A model generated the notes under the pieces. It did not search any database and was not told the origin of the DNA. It saw only the letters and a program-made list of their open reading frames with translations. DNA of 63,057 bases, counting the filler, from Aduncisulcus paluster (lineage: Eukaryota), in the NCBI GenBank assembly GCA_024181965.1. It is 6 parts of 6 records of this genome, joined end to end, with 100 filler letters (N's around TTAATTAATTAA, not from the genome) between each part and the next. Parts side by side here need not be neighbours in the genome. Positions count along the whole stretch, not along the records: positions 57,818 to 63,057 come from BQXS01010049.1; 5 more parts are not named here. One strand, written 5' to 3'. This document shows positions 59,386 through 63,057 of this stretch, one piece after another (position 1 is the stretch's first letter; each line of letters begins with the position of its first letter). The translations under genes were made by a program, and so were the position numbers.

Positions 59386-62300
59386 TCACACAATGCTTCC
59401 CATCCACTCTGTTCGGCCCCTGTGGTACAAAAGCTCGAAGAGTTTCCATTTTTCCCACGTTCCACTTTTCGTTTTCTTCACACCATCAAGACCCTCTCCT
59501 CTTCTCTCTCTTTCGATCATCCAACGCTCCCTTACAAGAATCCAACGTTGTCTTTCAACAATATTGAATTTACGAGAAGATTTAGATCCATTCTTTCCTG
59601 TCCTTGATGATGATCTATTTCGGGAATATCTTGAGAAAGATCCACTCCCATAGTCTCTTCCTATCTTATATAAGACGTTCTTCCATGAAGATGTGCATAG
59701 TCTTCCCATGAAAGAAGGGGAAGCTAGAGACAGTCTCCACAACATCTCTGCAATTTCATGTACAGGAGGCAATGGAAGACTGGTCATGAAAGCAGAGGAT
59801 AAATGCACTCGTGAAGAGGATGAACACAGGGGAAGCGATGACGAGATGTTGGTAAGGCTAGATCTCAAGGGATTAGTGCTCATGGATGGAGTTATAGGAA
59901 TCTGATGGTGCAAGGATGATGGCAATCTTGGTGATTGATAACCATAGGAAGACGGATGGCCACTGGGTTGTCTCCATTCATATTGTTGCGGGATCATGGA
60001 GGCATCAGTTGAACCACAGGAACTGCATTGTTTCTGGTGAAGATCAGCTTGTTTAGAGGCTATCGAACGTCGCATTTTCTTCTCTTCCTTAAGTCTATCC
60101 CATATTCCAAGCATCATTCCACCTCCTCGTAACTTAGTGACAACACTGGATAGTGAGATAAGAGAGGCTTGGGTGGAGGAAGGGCTTTTCGTCGGCGACA
60201 AGGAAATGGCACGTTCCTCGAGCTTTGGCATGGAGCTTTCATGTTGTGTTTCTTTTTCTTTAGTCGTATGGTCGTCTTTTGCTGCAACAAATGAAGAAGA
60301 TTGGCTAATGTTGACTTTATCTTTGCTTGAACTTTTATCAGGAGATCTAGGAATAAACGGTGAAGGTGAAGGACTGTTTTGAATGTCAACAGCCTCAAAG
60401 GATTTCTCAATGGAGGGTGTTTCCACTTCCTGCTCTCTCTCCTTCTGTCTTTCCCACTCCCTCTCCTTCTCCATTTGCCACTCTTCTCTCTCTCTCTCAA
60501 GTCTCTCCCTCTCACGCACACTCGTCACACACTCGTTGACATAGTCACAAGTGAGAGAAGACGGGGCGTAGGAAGAGAGCGGGAGGAGAGACGCAAATGC
60601 AGGGAGACGTGAAGTTGACGGCGCACTAGTAACACCTCCATAGATGAACTCATCGCTCTTCCTTGGAATTATGGAAGAACTGCCTGAATAGGAGGTATTG
60701 GATGACACACCGCCACATTGTTGTTGGGATCGGTGAGACTTATGTTCCTTTGAGAATTTAGACCCACTTATAAGGGCGTCTGGCATGGATCCAAATTGTA
60801 CGTATCGAAATACATCCATTGTTCCTTGTTTCGATCTGCGAAGACTGAGTTTGAGCATTTTGAAGAGCACGAGGCCAAACATATCGATATATTGAACGTT
60901 ACTATGAATGTGTTGCACCAATCGAGTACAAATATCCATCCAAAGTGGAGAATGGCCAAAAGAACGTGGAAGTGCAGGCAACGAGGTATCTTGAGATGAA
61001 TAATATTCACATGACATCTCCTCTGTCATCGATTTATAATATGATTTGCGCATTTGAGAGGCCTCCTCTTTCCATTTATCATCCATATCGACAAGGCTAT
61101 TACCTATCATCAAAATAGAACAGATCAACTCCAGTAAACACACACAATCTTCCTTTCTCAGGCTGTCGAGAATATCTGGCATAGTAACAACATCGATCAG
61201 CAACCACACGAAAGAGCAAGCAGATGGTACTTGGATGAGATGGTGTGGGTGAACACTTAGAAGATCTCGAACAAGACCAGCGGCATATCTCTCCCGGATA
61301 AATATCTTCAGTGCAAATGAATGTCCCAACAATGTATGAATACAAAGTGATAGTGCAGACCAGAGATCAGTGTTGTCAGTCGGGTGATGATACAACCCAT
61401 TGCCTCGACACGCAGCGAATAACATGTTAATAATATCATGCTTCATTATCAAAACTTTAGCGAAATCTTTATATCTTAACACTCTAGATAACAATAAAAG
61501 AGGGGCAAAATTACGATAATGAAGCATGGCATTAAAGGGGGCATCTTCAACCGTACACATGGCATGCAAATAAGACAAAAGGACGGTAAACAAGGGCGAA
61601 AGAGGTGAGAGAAGTGTAAGCAGATTCTTTTTGCTGAGGAAAACACCTTCAAAAACAGAAACAAACTTGAGAGTTTCTAGATTCTGACCTTTCCCCACAA
61701 CACACCTACAACAACTCAGCAAACCATTCTTCAACACTTCATCCACACTCGCTCCACATAGCAAAAGACTTCTCAGGGCATTTAAAGCCTGAATTAGACA
61801 ATCCTTGGCTTGTCTATGCGAGGAAAGGGCACAACATATCGACGCAACAGTGTTTGCTACAGAGTTGAGACCACCAGCGGCAATTAAAGCTGGTTCCATA
61901 AGTGTCAATAAAGTCATTGGGGAGTAGAATGAAACAATGTCGGACACTCTTTGACTTGTGACTGATGAGTGCTTGCTTGACTTCGATGATGGCAAGTATG
62001 AGGACGAGTTCAGAACAGAGTCAACACTTTTCTTGATATGTTCATACTCTGTTTGATTGTTCCAACTACTACTATGGCCATGAGATCTGTGAGATTGAGA
62101 CATTAATCTCTTTCGTCTCCCCACAATACCTTCCTGTACGCCTCCCATCCCAAACAGTCGGCTGAGGAGATGGAGGGTATATAACAACATTCCTCGATCA
62201 CGTGGAAGACGGACAGCATCACTTACACTGAGGGTACACACCTGCAGGATATACAAACAGAGCGAAAGAGCGTTGGAGAACACATTGGAGGGTACCTTGG

Positions 62301-63057
62301 GTGGAGATGTGAATAGGGGAACAACACAGGGAACATCATCTCTCGTCACAATTGCATGACTCACGGTCGCAACACTGCCATCGTGATCTTCTTTCTCTTT
62401 GGGTGGAATTGAAGTGACCTGGACAAGGGAGGACAAAGCGTTGCAAGAACTTGAGGGAGTGGTGAAGGGAGAATTCGTCGGAGATATCTTAATGGGCTCA
62501 AGAGAGTCTCTCAGAACAAGATCATCAGGAAGGAGTTCAATGGAAGGTGGGATTGGGGAAGAGAAGGGGGAGGGACCAACAGAGCTATTATCGGGAGAGA
62601 ATGGGGTGAGATCAAGGCCAGGTGTCCCAGGAGAAACTGGTGAGTCTACCCTGATATCCATAGTAGTACAGCGTCTATCGCCTTGGGGAGAGCTGAAATC
62701 AATCGATTCAGCAGCAAGAACCCGAGAAGCGCCAGTAAAGGCATCATAAGTCGGTGAAGGTGGATAATCATGTTTGTTGTTACTTGATCTCCTTGATTTT
62801 GACTTACTTTTAGAGCCAGCGGTTGAGGAAGAGGAGGACTTTACACGATCACTTCTTCTTCGCCGTTTTTTAAGCAGAATCTTTCCATCTCTTTCAACCA
62901 TTATTTCATGCTGACTCCCTCTGTATAGTGATGGCTGATGAATCTGAGGGTTCGAGAGTGTTGTTGATGAAGTTAATGATGTTGTTAAAGTATGATCTAT
63001 TTGTTGGTGAGAATCCTTTGAGATAATATCTTTTTCTTTCGTTGGAGATTTCTTCTT
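59386..63057 (-). CDS. Large hypothetical protein with central helical (ARM/HEAT-like) region and Ser-rich flanks, 5' partial
   Basis: 1171-aa ORF whose frame stays open for 52 more codons to the window end. Confidence 0.75.
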   Translation of the reverse strand, partial: KKKSPTKEKDIISKDSHQQIDHTLTTSLTSSTTLSNPQIHQPSLYRGSQHEIMVERDGKILLKKRRRRSDRVKSSSSSTAGSKSKSKSRRSSNNKHDYPPSPTYDAFTGASRVLAAESIDFSSPQGDRRCTTMDIRVDSPVSPGTPGLDLTPFSPDNSSVGPSPFSSPIPPSIELLPDDLVLRDSLEPIKISPTNSPFTTPSSSCNALSSLVQVTSIPPKEKEDHDGSVATVSHAIVTRDDVPCVVPLFTSPPKVPSNVFSNALSLCLYILQVCTLSVSDAVRLPRDRGMLLYTLHLLSRLFGMGGVQEGIVGRRKRLMSQSHRSHGHSSSWNNQTEYEHIKKSVDSVLNSSSYLPSSKSSKHSSVTSQRVSDIVSFYSPMTLLTLMEPALIAAGGLNSVANTVASICCALSSHRQAKDCLIQALNALRSLLLCGASVDEVLKNGLLSCCRCVVGKGQNLETLKFVSVFEGVFLSKKNLLTLLSPLSPLFTVLLSYLHAMCTVEDAPFNAMLHYRNFAPLLLLSRVLRYKDFAKVLIMKHDIINMLFAACRGNGLYHHPTDNTDLWSALSLCIHTLLGHSFALKIFIRERYAAGLVRDLLSVHPHHLIQVPSACSFVWLLIDVVTMPDILDSLRKEDCVCLLELICSILMIGNSLVDMDDKWKEEASQMRKSYYKSMTEEMSCEYYSSQDTSLPALPRSFGHSPLWMDICTRLVQHIHSNVQYIDMFGLVLFKMLKLSLRRSKQGTMDVFRYVQFGSMPDALISGSKFSKEHKSHRSQQQCGGVSSNTSYSGSSSIIPRKSDEFIYGGVTSAPSTSRLPAFASLLPLSSYAPSSLTCDYVNECVTSVRERERLEREREEWQMEKEREWERQKEREQEVETPSIEKSFEAVDIQNSPSPSPFIPRSPDKSSSKDKVNISQSSSFVAAKDDHTTKEKETQHESSMPKLEERAISLSPTKSPSSTQASLISLSSVVTKLRGGGMMLGIWDRLKEEKKMRRSIASKQADLHQKQCSSCGSTDASMIPQQYEWRQPSGHPSSYGYQSPRLPSSLHHQIPITPSMSTNPLRSSLTNISSSLPLCSSSSRVHLSSAFMTSLPLPPVHEIAEMLWRLSLASPSFMGRLCTSSWKNVLYKIGRDYGSGSFSRYSRNRSSSRTGKNGSKSSRKFNIVERQRWILVRERWMIERERRGEGLDGVKKTKSGTWEKWKLFELLYHRGRTEWMGSIV

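Noticed and set aside
128-62749. Many 60-200-aa ORFs antisense or out of frame to the long genes
   Set aside because: Shadow ORFs of purine-biased coding strands without independent evidence

Overview
Gene-dense, AT-rich eukaryotic (protist) genomic DNA using the standard code, with few, short, 5'-located GTATGT...AG introns. One ORF resembles a family expanded in the fornicate Aduncisulcus paluster, but that taxon is only an inference. The window is not contiguous. Six contigs are joined by artificial 100-nt spacers (N44-TTAATTAATTAA-N44 at 16716, 23339, 30269, 35944, 57718), and seven 20-N gaps are flanked by duplicated overlaps that falsely split genes. Recognisable genes: katanin p80, a DH-PH RhoGEF, GGTase-I beta, eIF4G, U2AF65, RPL31, a Cdt1-like protein, TSG101/Vps23, SCAMP, Vps52, a ~2560-aa conserved giant protein and several Ser-rich unknowns. 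Mobile DNA: the left end of a PIF/Harbinger-type transposon, and an intact Ty3/gypsy chromovirus (17454-22779) apparently nested in a related element. The chromovirus is the most unusual feature. It has identical 78-bp LTRs, a TTATG target-site duplication, no tRNA primer-binding site (a 14-bp palindrome sits there instead), and an antisense tRNA-like Pol III cassette in its 1.1-kb 3' non-coding region.
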